From Dehalococcoidia bacterium (lineage in GTDB: Bacteria > Chloroflexota > Dehalococcoidia > UBA2979), in the NCBI GenBank assembly GCA_965262725.1, contig OZ253555.1, positions 2,336,001 to 2,400,000 of the forward strand: a stretch of DNA of 64,000 bases. Direction: 5' to 3'. The position numbers were made by a program, and so were the translations under genes. The notes under the pieces were generated by a model that was not told the origin of the DNA, did not search any database, and worked only from the letters and a program-made list of their open reading frames with translations. How positions within the stretch are numbered: the first letter of the stretch is position 1; each line of letters begins with the position of its first letter. Of this stretch, positions 44,420 through 53,720 are shown piece after piece.

Positions 44420-45100
44420 GAGCTGAGCCGCGCCAGCAACAACAGCCCGCGCGGTCTCTGGTCGGACGGCGACATCATGTACGTGGCCGACGCCAGCGAC
44501 GGCAGGGTCTACAGCTACAACATGCCCGACGGCGTCGACGCCCGCCTCGCTTCGCTCACCCTCAGCGATGTTGAGATCGGCGAGTTCTCCCCCGGCCGCC
44601 TGGAGTACGAGGGCGTCGCCGCCGAGGGCGTGGCGGAGACCACAGTCGCGGCGTCGCCGGTCCAGCGGGGGGCGACGATTGGGATCGGGCCAACCGACGC
44701 CGGCATGGACGCCGCGGGGCACCAGGCCACCGTCGAGGACGGCTCGGAGATCACCGTGACGGTGAGCTCGCCCGACGGCAGTCGCACGAAGGTCTACCGC
44801 GTGCGCATCGACGCGGAGGAGCAGAAGCCCGCGCCCGGTTGCCTGCGCGGCGATGTCGCCACGGGTTTCAGCCTTGTCGTCTACGAGGGCGGTAGGGTCG
44901 ATGAGCTCGAGATGTGCGCGCAGGGCCGCAACATCACCGCCGCCTACGCCCTGGTCGACGGCGAGTACGCGCCCTACATCCTCGGAGCTCCGGACTTCGT
45001 GAACGAGGCGTTCGGGGCGCTCTTCCCCGAGGGCCTCGCCCCGGCCACCCCGTTGATCGCCAGGAGCGCCGGACTTCCCGCAACGACGTCCAGCCAGTGA
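44420..45100 (+). pseudogene. Orphan partial C-terminal module (last propeller blade, beta-sandwich, one terminal repeat)
   Basis: ELSRASNNSPRGLWSDGD..NMPDGVDARLASLTL..CLRGDVATGFSLVVYEGG..GAPDFVNEAF..TPLIARS. No signal peptide or own start. Confidence 0.85.
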
Positions 45101-45220
45101 CGTCAGGGCGGACTGCCTACGCGTCGGGGTTGCTCCGCGGGCCTGGTAGCGGTCGTCCGTGCCGTTTGGACCGCTCCTCGTCGAATGTTCTCGGGCGCGG
45201 GTGCCAGGAAGGTTCCGGAC

Positions 45221-45664
45221 ATGCCGCCAGCCGTTCTCGCGTGGATCGACTATTCCGAGTCCGACCAGCGTCGGGCCCGGGAGATCGTCGCGATGTTCTC
45301 GCAGCACGAGAGTCGCGACGAACTGGGACTCGGCGGGATTCGAGACGTGCTGAGCGACACGCTCTTCCCGGGAACCTCCGTGCTGCTCACGCGCGCCCGG
45401 CATCTCCTCTTCGTTCCCTGGCGATTACATGACGGCGCGCGCCGCGGCTACCGTGGCCCACAGCTCGCTTCGTGGGTGGACGGGCAGGAACGGAGTCTCA
45501 TCGGCGCGCTCCGGAAGGGCGGCGATCTCAGAGGGCTGAGCGGGCGCAACGTGGGGCGTGACGTCCGGATACTCCCCTCCACCATCTACTGGAACAGCCT
45601 CAGGCGCTTTGGCATCCTGCGGCACGAGGGGACGGCGGCCCAGATCGCCGGTCTTCGGCAGCTC
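45221..45664 (+). pseudogene. DUF6361-like protein N-terminal fragment, truncated by an IS3 remnant
   Basis: LAWIDYS..RDELGLGGIRD..SDTLFPGTS..TRAR..LFVPW..PS.IYW..LR..GI. Confidence 0.7.
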
Positions 45665-45908
45665 TCAGCGGATGTCGCCGGGCGCTGCCCCGCGCACGGC
45701 GACGACCCGGTCGAGCGTTGAGGCGGTAGCGTCGGCATTGATGCGCCTGGCGGCGACGATCGCCAGCGCCCCCCCGTGTGTGCTCGTCGACGATGTTGAG
45801 CAGCTTCAGGACGCGCCCGTCCGCGGTCTCGTCGAACGGGAAGTCCAGCGCCCGGACGTGGTTCGGCCGCTCAGCCCGCAGCCGCACCGCGGGCACCGCC
45901 GAGTCCCC
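45665..45908 (-). mobile_element. Second IS3-family OrfB remnant, inverted relative to 44031-44273
   Basis: GDSAVPAVRLRAERPNHV.ALDF.FD.TADGRVLKLLNIVDEHTR on the minus strand. Confidence 0.8.
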
Positions 45909-46599
45909 GCGAATGGCCAACGTGTGAGCGTACTCAGAGGCACGTGTCATCCGCCTAATCGTTGTCCAGCAGCCCGCTGCGCACGCACCAGAGCACCATC
46001 TCCTGCATCGTCCCGACCCTCAGCTTTTTCTGGATGCCGTAGATCGCTTGCCGGACGGTCACGGGCTTGATCCCCCGCGCCTCCGCTATCCGAGCGTAGG
46101 ACATCCCCCGCGCGAAGGAGACGAGTATGTCCCGCTCCCTCGGAGTCAGCCCGGCGGTGGTAGCGGCATCAGCCGTCCTTCCGCCGCCGCGTATCGCCGC
46201 GAATGCCATCCTCACCGTGTCGGCTGGCAAACGAAAATCGCCCAAGGCCACGTTCCGCACGGCTGACAGCAGTTGCTCCCTGTCAGTCTCCTTTTTCAGG
46301 TATCCGGTGGCGCCGGCGGCCACGGCCTCCACGACGGCGTCCTCCTCCGTCGAGGCTGTGAGCATGAGCACGCGGGTCTCGGGCGCGGACTCCATGATCT
46401 CCCTGCACGCCTCCACTCCATCCTTCTTCGGCATCATCACGTCCATCACCACCACGTCCGGCGACACGTCTGCGGCCACCCTCACCGCCTCCTCGCCATC
46501 CGCCGCCTGTCCCACCACCTCGAACTCGCCGGACTGATCAAGAACCTGCTTCAGGCCGACCCTCACGACTGAATGGTCGTCAACGATCATCACCCTTAT

Positions 46600-48258
46600 C
46601 TCGAATCCACCGAACGAAGCTTGACGAGGCGGGGTGCCGGGCTGCCGGAGAGTTCGACGGGTGTGTCGGCGTTCGCCGGGCGGCGCCGGGGGCGGGCCGG
46701 AGCCAGGAGCCGTCGCTCAGCACCGCTCGGGGGCGCTGAGGGTGCGGGCGCGAGGGTGCGCGAGGCGTGGGCGGGCATGCTGGCGCGAGCTTCGGCTCCG
46801 GTTCGGCGCTGTGAGCGGGCGTCAGGTCGGGAGCGGTATCGCCCGTAGTCGCGCGAGCGCGGCTGCCAGCTGCCCGGCCCAGGGCCAGCGCTTCGGGAGG
46901 TGCAGGGTCCACCGCCGGGCAGAGTGGGTGAGCCGTCCGGCGAGAGAGAAGTAGCGCCGCCTGAGCGTCCTGGTCGTCACGATCCCCTCGCCGAGCCCGA
47001 GGCGTGCCGTCCAGCGGGCGAGGTTGTGCGCGATCACCTGCACCGCGAGCCACGCCGCGTTCGCGGCGAAGCGGCCCGAGGGGAGATGGTTCAACCCGAC
47101 GCCGTACTTGAGGTCGCGGATCGCGTTCTCGATCTCGGCGTGACGGCGATGGTCGGCCTCCAGCTCCATCATCTCCCCCGCGCGATCGGTGATGAAGGCG
47201 TGGTAACTGTAGTTCACGAAGAGCGCGAGCTGTGAGCCGGGCGTCGGCTTGACGCGCCGCACGATGAGCCGCACCGCGGTGGCGTCCCTCGTGTGCTGGA
47301 ACGGCGTGTAGGTCGTCTCGGCGACAGCGGCGCCGTCGTCCTGCCAGTACGGGATCGGCGTCCAGTCCTCTTCCGGTATCGCCTCGATCAGCCGGCGTAC
47401 GTTCGGCTGCTGGCGAATGGTGATGGAGAAGCGGACATCCTGCTTGCGACAGACGGCGACGACAGCGTGGTTGTAGAAGCCGCTGTCGGCGCGCACCGTG
47501 AGCTGCCCGCTCGCCCCGGCGTCGCGCACCCGGCCCACCGTCTCACGCAGGAAGTGGGCGGCCCCCCGAGCGGTGTTGGCACGGCCCCCGCGCAGCCGGG
47601 CCATCAGCACCTCACCCGTCCCGGCCGCCACCGCGAGCAGCGGGTGATAGCCGCGCACGCCCGTGTAGCCGTGGTGCCGGGCGCCCTCTTTCGCCAGTCC
47701 GTAGGTCTCGCAGAGCGTCGAGTCGAGGTCGATCGTGAACGGTGCCGCGCCGGGTCCCGCCCCGGCCGCCCAACTGCGGGCCAGCAACTCGCGGCTGACG
47801 CGGTCGAGCTGGCGGACGTGGCCCCAGCGGAAGCTGCGCAGGAACGTCCCGAGGGTGGACGGCGCCTTCACCGTGCAGCCGAGCACGCGCCCGGCGCCGC
47901 CTGAGCGCATGGCATCGGCGTCATCGATGCAGTCGCCGCCCGCGAGCGCCGAGGCGATGAGAGTCATCAGCTTGTCGCCGACGTTCGCCCGCCCCGCTGC
48001 GTCACCGAGGTCGAGGTGGGCGTCTGCCAGTTCACGGAGGCCGAGCCGGCCAGCGAGCGTGGCCGGGAGCAGCAGGCCCGCGTGGTCCACGAGGCGGTCG
48101 TCGTCGAAGGCGATGTGTATCCGGTCGGGGCTGCTCGTTGCTAACATCGAATGGGTGCTCCCTGTGGCTGTGACGTGATTCGGTCAAAAACCATTGTCCC
48201 AGCTACAGCGGAGCACCCAACCCCAGCCGCTCGCGCACTCTTCTTCGGTGGATCAGGG
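46600..48258 (-). mobile_element. Complete IS1380-family element with imperfect IRs and 5-bp TSD CTTAT
   Basis: Ends CTCGAATCCACCGAA / TTCGGTGGATCAGGG; CTTAT at 46595-46599 and 48259-48263. Confidence 0.92.
46822..48147 (-). CDS. IS1380-family transposase
   Basis: TIDLDST, GYHPLLA, VRADSGFY, HRRHAEIENAIRDLK, F.ANAAW motifs. Confidence 0.93.
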   Translation of the reverse strand: MLATSSPDRIHIAFDDDRLVDHAGLLLPATLAGRLGLRELADAHLDLGDAAGRANVGDKLMTLIASALAGGDCIDDADAMRSGGAGRVLGCTVKAPSTLGTFLRSFRWGHVRQLDRVSRELLARSWAAGAGPGAAPFTIDLDSTLCETYGLAKEGARHHGYTGVRGYHPLLAVAAGTGEVLMARLRGGRANTARGAAHFLRETVGRVRDAGASGQLTVRADSGFYNHAVVAVCRKQDVRFSITIRQQPNVRRLIEAIPEEDWTPIPYWQDDGAAVAETTYTPFQHTRDATAVRLIVRRVKPTPGSQLALFVNYSYHAFITDRAGEMMELEADHRRHAEIENAIRDLKYGVGLNHLPSGRFAANAAWLAVQVIAHNLARWTARLGLGEGIVTTRTLRRRYFSLAGRLTHSARRWTLHLPKRWPWAGQLAAALARLRAIPLPT

Positions 48259-48297
48259 CTTATGCGCTCGCCCGCCGGCATCCCGGGCCTCCTTTCT

Positions 48298-49548
48298 CTA
48301 TCGTTCCCGTGGTATCAGGCAGGTCACGGTCGCGCCGCCCAGGGCGCCTCTCTGATCCACGACAAGACGCCCGCCGAGCCGCTCGGCGGCCCTGATCATG
48401 TTCGCGAAGCCGTTACCCCGCTCGGCGTAATCATCGGGCAGCCCGACACCGTCGTCCGACACAGACAGGCGACTACCCTCCTCGGAGAACTCCAGGTCGA
48501 TGGCGACAGTGCTCGCCTCCGCGTGGCGGTATGCATTGGTGAGCGCGTTGTGCGCTATCGAGAAGAGCAGGCTCTTGGCCTCTATCGAGAGCGGCGGCTC
48601 GGCGCCCGTGCGAGTCATCTCGGCGGGCACGGAGGTGACGTTCGCAAAGCTGGTCGCGTGCGACCTGAGAGCACTGCCCAACTCCCGGCCCTCGTAGATG
48701 CCACCCATGTTTATGGGCTGTCGCAGCTCCCATATGATCGAGCGGGCCAGCTGGGACGTCGCCTCAAGCGTGGCGGTGAGCTCCGGATTGGCGTTCCCGG
48801 CAAGTACCTTCGCCGAGTCCATGCCCAACCCGACCATGTACGCGGACTGGGCCGCGGTGTCGTGAATGGCATGGGACAGATCGACCCGCTCGCGCTGAAG
48901 CGCCCGCTCGCGCTCCATCGCCTGTCTCCACCTGATCCGCTCGAACCTCGTTGCGAGGTTGACCGTCGCAACGACCGTATACATGACGGCTATCCTGGCC
49001 AGCAACGCCTTCTCGTCCCCCGTCTCGATGGATATTCCATCCGCGACGGTGAGGCTGATTGCCACATAGACGAGGGACGCCATCGTCACCCAGGCCATGT
49101 TGAACCTGAAGGAAGTGAATAGCACCGCCATCCCGCTGAGCGCGGGATAGTAGAACAGGTGGAGAAAGTCGTGGTCGAAGCCGTTGCTTAACGCCGCCGC
49201 TGCCGAAAGTAGGACGACATCCAACGCGTAGAGACCGAGAAGCCAGTGCCATGTAATCGGCCTGTTCGACAACAGACGGTAGTGAAGGTACCCGTTGAAC
49301 CCGATCAACAGCCCGAGCAGCAGCACATAGGTGGTGTACCTGCCCACCCCGAAGCCGAGATAAGGGCGATACGCCAGTTCGAAGAGCAATACGGCGACGA
49401 TGAACCAGTGCCCTCTGGCCGACATCGTCGCGACGTACCGAAGTCCGTCAGGATCGATCTGGTCCAGCCTCCAGTCGGTTCGCCGCAAGGTGTCGGTGGC
49501 CCTGGTGGCGAGCTGCCGGATCCGGCTGTACTCAGGCGCGTGAGGCAT
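48298..49548 (-). CDS. Membrane sensor histidine kinase (HisKA_3), paralog 2
   Basis: DLSHAIHDTAAQ H-box; AHNALTNAYRHA; SDDGVGLP; clearly similar to paralogs 1 and 3. Confidence 0.92.
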   Translation of the reverse strand: MPHAPEYSRIRQLATRATDTLRRTDWRLDQIDPDGLRYVATMSARGHWFIVAVLLFELAYRPYLGFGVGRYTTYVLLLGLLIGFNGYLHYRLLSNRPITWHWLLGLYALDVVLLSAAAALSNGFDHDFLHLFYYPALSGMAVLFTSFRFNMAWVTMASLVYVAISLTVADGISIETGDEKALLARIAVMYTVVATVNLATRFERIRWRQAMERERALQRERVDLSHAIHDTAAQSAYMVGLGMDSAKVLAGNANPELTATLEATSQLARSIIWELRQPINMGGIYEGRELGSALRSHATSFANVTSVPAEMTRTGAEPPLSIEAKSLLFSIAHNALTNAYRHAEASTVAIDLEFSEEGSRLSVSDDGVGLPDDYAERGNGFANMIRAAERLGGRLVVDQRGALGGATVTCLIPRER

Positions 49549-49820
49549 CTCGTCTCCCGAGCGCCCGTGCGTCTATGAAGCGCTCCACTGGTGACAGGCG
49601 GGCGTTCCCGGCGCGTCTTCGTCAATCTAGCCAGTAGGGGCCGTGTATAGAAGGAGCAAATGTATATTGCGGACATAGCGATAGTACCTGTGGCGGAGTT
49701 GTGCCCCGGGGATGGCGTGCATCGTGGACAAGCGCCCGTATCACTTGTGGAAATGTTTGTGTTGTCTCTTAGCAGGGCCAGAGCCCCCTGGCAGAACAGG
49801 GCACTCTGTTTCCCCCGCAC

Positions 49821-49857
49821 GCGCAGGCGATAGACCCCGTGCGCAGGCGATAGACCC
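49821..49857. repeat. 17-bp direct repeat GCGCAGGCGATAGACCC x2 (20-bp period)
   Basis: Identical copies at 49821-49837 and 49841-49857, between kinase 2 and marR. Confidence 0.7.
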
Positions 49858-50341
49858 GCTGTGCCGCGTCTCATCGTCGGCGAGGACGGGCACTCCTCGC
49901 CGGTGCTCGATGTCGACCGGCGCCGGCGGACGATGTCCGGCGCCTGCTCTTCTCGGCCACGCACACGGATGCGCCGTGCCCGCGCGCGGATCGCGAACGT
50001 CCCGTCGACCACCGTCACATCGACGGCACTGGGCGCGGACGCGCACACGGAGGATGGACGTCACCACGACACCGCCGAGTGGTGGCTCCACCCCCGGCTC
50101 CGATGGCGGACTGGGCCAGGGCCAAGGGCAAGCAAGTACAAATGTACCAGGCTAAGAAGGTACAAAAGGACCTCGCCTCCACTCCGTCCAGGCAGTAGCC
50201 TCCAGATGTGTCGGTACATCGCCTGCGGCCATCTGTGTTTCCTTGGGGGCCGGGTGCGGGAGACGGCGCCGTGACTTGCTGCGACGGGAGTCGCCGCCCG
50301 AACGGCGTTCGACCTGTTGAATGGTGAGTCCGGAACGCGGC

Positions 50342-50845
50342 ATGGACACGGGAAACGGTGAGCAGGCGTTGCACGACGAGCACAGGCGAGACCTGGTCGA
50401 CCGCTTCTTGCGAGCCGCCGAGCTCCTGAACCGCCAGCTACACGCCGACCGCCTGGATGAGTGGCAACGGTCGGACCTGAGCGTGCCTCAACTACGAACG
50501 CTCCTCCTGTTGCAGCGGACTGGGCCGTTGCGGATGGGCGGTATCGCGCGCCAACTCGGGAGGGCACTGTCCGCGACGACAACGGTGGTGGATCGACTGG
50601 TGGAGCAGGGACTCGTTGGCCGCGGCTCGGATCCGCACGATCGGAGGGTCGTGGTCTGCCAGCTGACCGACCGCGGACAGGAGACGATCGAGCGCTTCTG
50701 GAGCATCGGCCCGGAGCGCGTCCGGCCACTTGTGGATAGCCTCGGCCTCGAAGAGCTGGAGAAGGCGGTGGCGGGGCTCGAGATCATCAGCCGGGTGGAA
50801 CCCGATAGCCAGGCCGTGGCGTCGCCCGACGGACCGTCCGACTAG
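50342..50845 (+). CDS. MarR-family transcriptional regulator
   Basis: LSVPQLRTL..ATTTVVDRLVEQGLV.R..DPHDRRVVVCQLTDRG. Confidence 0.92.
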   Translation: MDTGNGEQALHDEHRRDLVDRFLRAAELLNRQLHADRLDEWQRSDLSVPQLRTLLLLQRTGPLRMGGIARQLGRALSATTTVVDRLVEQGLVGRGSDPHDRRVVVCQLTDRGQETIERFWSIGPERVRPLVDSLGLEELEKAVAGLEIISRVEPDSQAVASPDGPSD

Positions 50846-51205
50846 ACCGGCAGGACTGCCGCATCCTGGGCGAGCCCGGGGCGGTCGCGGCCCGAGCCAG
50901 CACGAGGTTCGCTCACCAGCGAACCACCCCTGCCACACGATGTGTGACACCCGCCGCGCGGGGCGAGTGTGCCGTCGGGGCGATGCAGGAGGGCCGGGAT
51001 GTCTCCCATGGCCGCCGGCGCCGCGCGGTCGCAGCCGCCCGAAACGGCAGCCAGCCCGGGGAGCGCCCGCGACCGCCGGCACGCTTCCGACCGGGATCGT
51101 CCGGCCGGCTGGCGGGCACGGAGAGGCGTGCCGCCGGCGAAGTCGCTCGACTGCGAGACGCTGCGGCACGCGTGAGCTCGAGCCATTCGATGCGCGGCGG
51201 GTGTG

Positions 51206-51862
51206 TCAGCTCCCCGACGCCGGCTCGTCGAGCAGGCCGTTCCGTACGGCCCAGACGACGAGTTCCTGCTTCGTCCCCGCTTCCAGCTTGTCCTGGATGC
51301 GGTAGAGGGCGTTCCGGATGGTCACCGGACTATTCCCTCGGAGTTCGGCAATCTGGCCGTACGACTTTCCGCTGGCGAACAGCTTGAGTATCTCGCGCTC
51401 CCGCGTGTTGAGCGCCGCCGAGGAGGCGTCACCGCGGATGGTCCCGAAGACACGTTTGACGGTGTCTGCCGGCAACCGCAGCCCGCCGGCGGCAACCTCC
51501 CGCAGGGCATCGAGCAGGTCGTCCCTCCCGGAGTACTTCTGCAGATAGCCTGTCGCGCCGGCCGCCACGGCCTCGATCACCGCGTCCTCGTCCGTCGAGG
51601 CCGTCAGCATCAGTATCCGGGTATCGGGGAGCAGAGCCATGATTTCGCGGCAGGCCTCGACGCCGCCCTTCCCCGGCATGATCACGTCCATGATGATCAC
51701 ATCCGGCGCCAGACCCTCTGCCGTGCGCACCGCTTCGACGCCGTTGCCGGCCTCCCCCACCACCTCGAATTCGCCCGAGTGCTCGAGCACCACCCGAAGA
51801 CCGTCCCGGACGATGGGATGGTCGTCGACGAGCATGACCCTGACCTTCTCGGTCGAGGACAT
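51206..51862 (-). CDS. NarL/LuxR-family response regulator, paralog 3
   Basis: VRVMLVDDHP, IMDVIMP, GATGYLQK, LNTREREIL HTH. Confidence 0.93.
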   Translation of the reverse strand: MSSTEKVRVMLVDDHPIVRDGLRVVLEHSGEFEVVGEAGNGVEAVRTAEGLAPDVIIMDVIMPGKGGVEACREIMALLPDTRILMLTASTDEDAVIEAVAAGATGYLQKYSGRDDLLDALREVAAGGLRLPADTVKRVFGTIRGDASSAALNTREREILKLFASGKSYGQIAELRGNSPVTIRNALYRIQDKLEAGTKQELVVWAVRNGLLDEPASGS

Positions 51863-51874
51863 CTCCGGTTCCCC

Positions 51875-53068
51875 TCAGCCCGTGCTCCGATACGGGACGA
51901 CGCAGGTCACGGTCGTGCCGCCCTCCCGTCGACCGGTCGCCACGATGAGCTTACCGCCCATGGCTTCGGCATCCCCCTGCATGCTCCGGAATCCGTTCCC
52001 CCGCTCCGCGTAGCCGTCGGGGAGGCCGACCCCGTCATCCGAGATGGACAACTCGACGCGTTCGGCCGTGAAGTGCAGCCTGAGGTCGACCCTGCTGGCA
52101 CGGGCATGCCGGAACGCGTTCGTGAGCGCGTTGTGCGCGATGGCGAAGAGCTGGGTACGAGTCTCCGTCGTGAGCGGAGGCTCGGTGCCCGACTGCGCCA
52201 TCTCGGCCGGAACCGACGTGATCGTCGTGAAGATGGCCGCATGGGACCTCAGCACCTGCCCCAGCTCCCGGCCGCCCATGATATGACCGATATGGATCGG
52301 TCCTCTCAAGTCCCACATCACCGATTTCGACAGGTCGGACGTCGCCGCCAGTGTTGCGGCGAGCTTCTCGTTCGATCCGTTGGCCAGTTCCATCGCGGTG
52401 TCGATACCGAGGCCGATCATGTAGGCGGTCTGCGCGGTCGTGTCATGGATGGTCTGGGACAGCTCGACGCGCTCGCGCTGCAGGGCCCGCTGCACCGCCT
52501 CCCGCCTCAGGAGGCGTTCGAACCGCGCGATCATGCGGATGGATGCAACGACGGTGTACGCCACAACGATTCGCCAGAACAGGTCCTTCTCGTCACGGGC
52601 GGCTACATCGAGGCCGGAGCCCACGGTGAGGCACACGCCCGTGTAGACAGCGGCGACGAACGTCACCCAGACGAAGGCGACGGTCGAGGATCCGATCAAC
52701 GCGATCGTGCCGAGTGCCGGGTAGTAGGCCAGGAATATGAACGAGACGAATCCGCCGTGCGCGACGACGGCGGCCGTGATCATGACGATGTCGACCGCGC
52801 TGATGCCCAGGAGCTGGTGTCGCGTGACGGGACGATTCGTGATCAACCTCTGGTGCAACGCGCCGTTGAGCGCCCCGAACGCAAGGAGCAGCGCAGCGAG
52901 GACCGCGTACATGGGCGGGGTCCGATAGACGATCTCGACGACCGCGGCGGCACACACGAACCAGCGAACCCAGACCGACATCGCCGCGAGGTGTCGCACC
53001 TCATCCGGATCCGGTCCGTGAGTTCGTCGGATGAGCCAGCGAACCGCGTCGGCCTGCACCACGCCCAC
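51875..53068 (-). CDS. Membrane sensor histidine kinase (HisKA_3), paralog 3
   Basis: ELSQTIHDTTAQ; AHNALTNAFRHA; SDDGVGLP; multi-TM N-terminus. Confidence 0.92.
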   Translation of the reverse strand: MGVVQADAVRWLIRRTHGPDPDEVRHLAAMSVWVRWFVCAAAVVEIVYRTPPMYAVLAALLLAFGALNGALHQRLITNRPVTRHQLLGISAVDIVMITAAVVAHGGFVSFIFLAYYPALGTIALIGSSTVAFVWVTFVAAVYTGVCLTVGSGLDVAARDEKDLFWRIVVAYTVVASIRMIARFERLLRREAVQRALQRERVELSQTIHDTTAQTAYMIGLGIDTAMELANGSNEKLAATLAATSDLSKSVMWDLRGPIHIGHIMGGRELGQVLRSHAAIFTTITSVPAEMAQSGTEPPLTTETRTQLFAIAHNALTNAFRHARASRVDLRLHFTAERVELSISDDGVGLPDGYAERGNGFRSMQGDAEAMGGKLIVATGRREGGTTVTCVVPYRSTG

Positions 53069-53256
53069 TCCCCCTACCGTCGCGCCACGGCCTCAGAAGC
53101 CTCTGAGACCGGGAAGCGGGGCAGCGTCGGCATGGCTCGCTACCGCCTGTCGCGGGCGACCGCCCGGGTGGTGTTGCCACCGGCGCTGATCGGTGCGCGA
53201 GTCACTGATGGGGACATGCGGCCTGATCGCTGACTCGTCGGGTGGATGGCGGCACG

Positions 53257-53381
53257 GTAGCGTCCCGGGAAGTGGTGTCACAAGCAGGGAGACGGTCTCT
53301 CCAGGGGGCACCTGCGACCCGTCACAGTCCCCATGCAGGTGGAAGCGAGCGACCACCGCGCCATCCGCACGAAGGTCGACG
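53257..53381 (+). mobile_element. Second IS256-family left-end remnant (IR and 5' leader only)
   Basis: GTAGCGTCCCGGGAAGTGGTGTCAC..GGGAGACGGTCTC..TGCAGGTGGA..GACCACCGCGCCATCC, homologous to 25483-25605. Confidence 0.7.
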
Positions 53382-53544
53382 TCACGCCGTCCAGTTCCAC
53401 CCGCCCGCCGAATCCAACAATCCGTCCATGGCAGATTGGATACGAGCGCGACGACCCCGACGGGTTCTCCGCCGCGTCGCCGCGTCGTGGCGGGCTACAG
53501 CCCGTCGCTCTTGGCGATAGGCGGCGTGACGGCGCGGTCAGGAT

Positions 53545-53630
53545 CTGCGCGTCGATCGTGATGGTCGTGCCGTTCGGGAAGCCGGCGTCCCTGAGGTACT
53601 GCTTCGCGAGATCCGGGTCGTAGGCCCTCA
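53545..53630 (-). pseudogene. Fragment of an SBP_bac_5 solute-binding protein
   Basis: AYDPDLAKQYLRDAGFPNGTTITI. Confidence 0.55.
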
Positions 53631-53720
53631 GGGTCAGCCGCGCGGAGGGAGAGCGCAGCACGCACTCCTCGTGGGCGGTCCGTCCTGGCGTCACTGGCTG
53701 GACCGCCTGCGGCGAGAGCG

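Larger units (their letters stand above)
45955..48281 (-). pseudogene. NarL/LuxR response regulator, paralog 2, interrupted near codon 8 by IS1380 (coding parts 48281-48259 and 46594-45955)
   Basis: Removing the IS and one TSD gives MPAGERIRVMIVDDHSVVR... with RBS AAAGGAGG before ATG 48281. Confidence 0.88.

Noticed and set aside
53390-53450. GRIVGFGGR (DnaG-like, minus strand) and AVQFHP (GATase-like, plus strand) short motifs
   Set aside because: Too short, mutually exclusive, and without flanking similarity.
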